Source: Candidatus Micrarchaeota archaeon
GTDB lineage: Archaea; Micrarchaeota; Micrarchaeia; Micrarchaeales; Micrarchaeaceae
Direction of reading: 5' to 3'
Assembly: GCA_021792295.1 (NCBI GenBank)
Contig: JAJYUY010000001.1
Span: 6,409 to 70,408 of the forward strand
Length of the DNA stretch: 64,000 nt
The number at the start of each line of letters is the position of its first letter. The stretch's first letter is position 1. The translations under genes were made by a program, and so were the position numbers. Positions 63,152-64,000 of the stretch are shown piece by piece. A model generated the notes under the pieces. That model made no database searches. It had not been told where the DNA came from and was given only the letters and a program-made list of their open reading frames with translations.

Positions 63152-64000
63152 TTACCTGTCTATCTCTGCGAGGACCACGTCAAGACTGCCGAGTATGGAG
63201 AAAAGGTCGGCGAACCTGCAGTCATCGCACATCCTGGTTATTGCAGCCAGGTTTATGAACGCTGGCGATCTGAGAGATATCCTGTAGGGCTTCTGCTTGT
63301 CCGGCACCATGTACACCATCCCCTCCCCTCTCGGCAGCTCCCTGCTCACCAGCACAGGGTCTGGCTTCGCCGGCGGCCCGACGAGTTTTATCCTCATGCC
63401 TAGAACGGTGCCAGTTTCAGGCATCATCTCAAGGCACTGACGTATTATCCTAATGCTCTCGAACATCTCCTCGTAGCGCACCCTGTAGCGGTCGTAGCTG
63501 TCGGACTCGCGCCCCTGCGGTATCCTGAACTTCACCTTGTCATAGAAATAATACGGCTTCGACCTCCTCACATCCTCCTCTACCCCGGCAGCCCTTAGGA
63601 CGGGCCCGCTCACCCCGCAGTTTATCGCCTCCTCCTTTTTCAGAATTCCGACCCCCTTGGTTCTCTCCATGAATACCGGGTCCGACTCGAGCACCTCCTT
63701 GTAACTGGAGATGCGGCTCTCCAGCTCGTCAACCAGGCCCTGCACCCTCTCCTCAAAGTCGCCAGGAAGCTCCTGGTTCATCCCTCCGAGGCGCATGTTT
63801 ACGTAGAACATCCTGCTCCCCGACAGGTCCTCAAGCAGCTTCAGCACCTTCGCCCTCTCCCTGAAGCACCACATAAACATGGTGAAAAGCTGCCCTATGT
63901 CGTTGCAGAAGGTGCCGAGCCATAGCAGGTGGCTCGCTATCCTCTGGAACTCTAACATTATCATGCGTGCGTATTGTGCCCTCTCCTTCGTCTCTATGCC
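63152..64000 (-). CDS. nuoD: NADH-quinone oxidoreductase subunit D (NuoD-like), C-terminal part; N-terminus beyond window
   Basis: LEFQRIASHLLWLGTF...MFYVNMRLGG...RSPAFINLAAI...LGSLDVVLAEIDR. The frame stays open to position 64000 (GIETKERAQYAR upstream of the listed Met). Confidence 0.85.
   Translation of the reverse strand, partial: GIETKERAQYARMIMLEFQRIASHLLWLGTFCNDIGQLFTMFMWCFRERAKVLKLLEDLSGSRMFYVNMRLGGMNQELPGDFEERVQGLVDELESRISSYKEVLESDPVFMERTKGVGILKKEEAINCGVSGPVLRAAGVEEDVRRSKPYYFYDKVKFRIPQGRESDSYDRYRVRYEEMFESIRIIRQCLEMMPETGTVLGMRIKLVGPPAKPDPVLVSRELPRGEGMVYMVPDKQKPYRISLRSPAFINLAAITRMCDDCRFADLFSILGSLDVVLAEIDR

Noticed and set aside
1-64000. CRISPR arrays, rRNA genes or large tandem repeats.
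   Set aside because: No regularly spaced 25-40-nt repeats and no rRNA-like conserved stretches were seen in any intergenic region. Only the short direct repeats and palindromes reported above were found.

Overview
This is a densely packed archaeal chromosomal segment with about 75 protein genes on both strands. It has five tRNA genes: Trp(CCA) and Gly(CCC) carry introns, and the others are initiator Met, Lys(CUU) and Arg(CCG). I saw no rRNA and no CRISPR array. The core is archaeal housekeeping: family-B DNA polymerase, PheRS alpha/beta, GlyRS, RadA, a GINS-like protein, SSB, DNA gyrase B/A, aIF2-alpha and diphthine synthase. It also includes r-proteins L15e/L44e/L34e/L14e/S26e, the adk-DUF106-L34e-cmk-L14e block, thermosome, prefoldin beta, a beta-CASP RNase, Mre11, Ogg, translin, ADP-forming acetyl-CoA synthetase and the NuoD C-terminus. 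A long three-unit tRNA-splicing endonuclease, gyrase, a purD relic and acidophile-type genes suggest a small-genome ARMAN/Micrarchaeota-like or Thermoplasmata-related archaeon. That lineage call is inference only.

Visibly more AT-rich patches interrupt the core:
- an ABC-2 transporter operon next to a decayed transposase (5.7-9.2 kb)
- a cell-envelope cluster (20-24.6 kb)
- an island beside tRNA-Trp carrying AIM24 and a DUF5320/DUF134/NifX-like module behind a perfect 24-nt palindrome (24.8-28.5 kb)
- a secreted beta-rich protein (55.4-56.4 kb)

Other points worth a second look:
- a tetraether-synthase-like radical SAM gene with a Cys/Gly/Asp-rich tail
- box C/D-like features in the tRNA-Trp intron
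- several 1-nt frame breaks or missing canonical start codons (DUF3850-like gene, dtdA, cmk, DUF77-like gene)
- short direct repeats bracketing tRNA-iMet and an intergenic segment

All family assignments come from remembered motifs, not searches, and need HMM/BLAST confirmation. I did not find one clearly novel multi-gene system. The best candidates are ranked in the findings.
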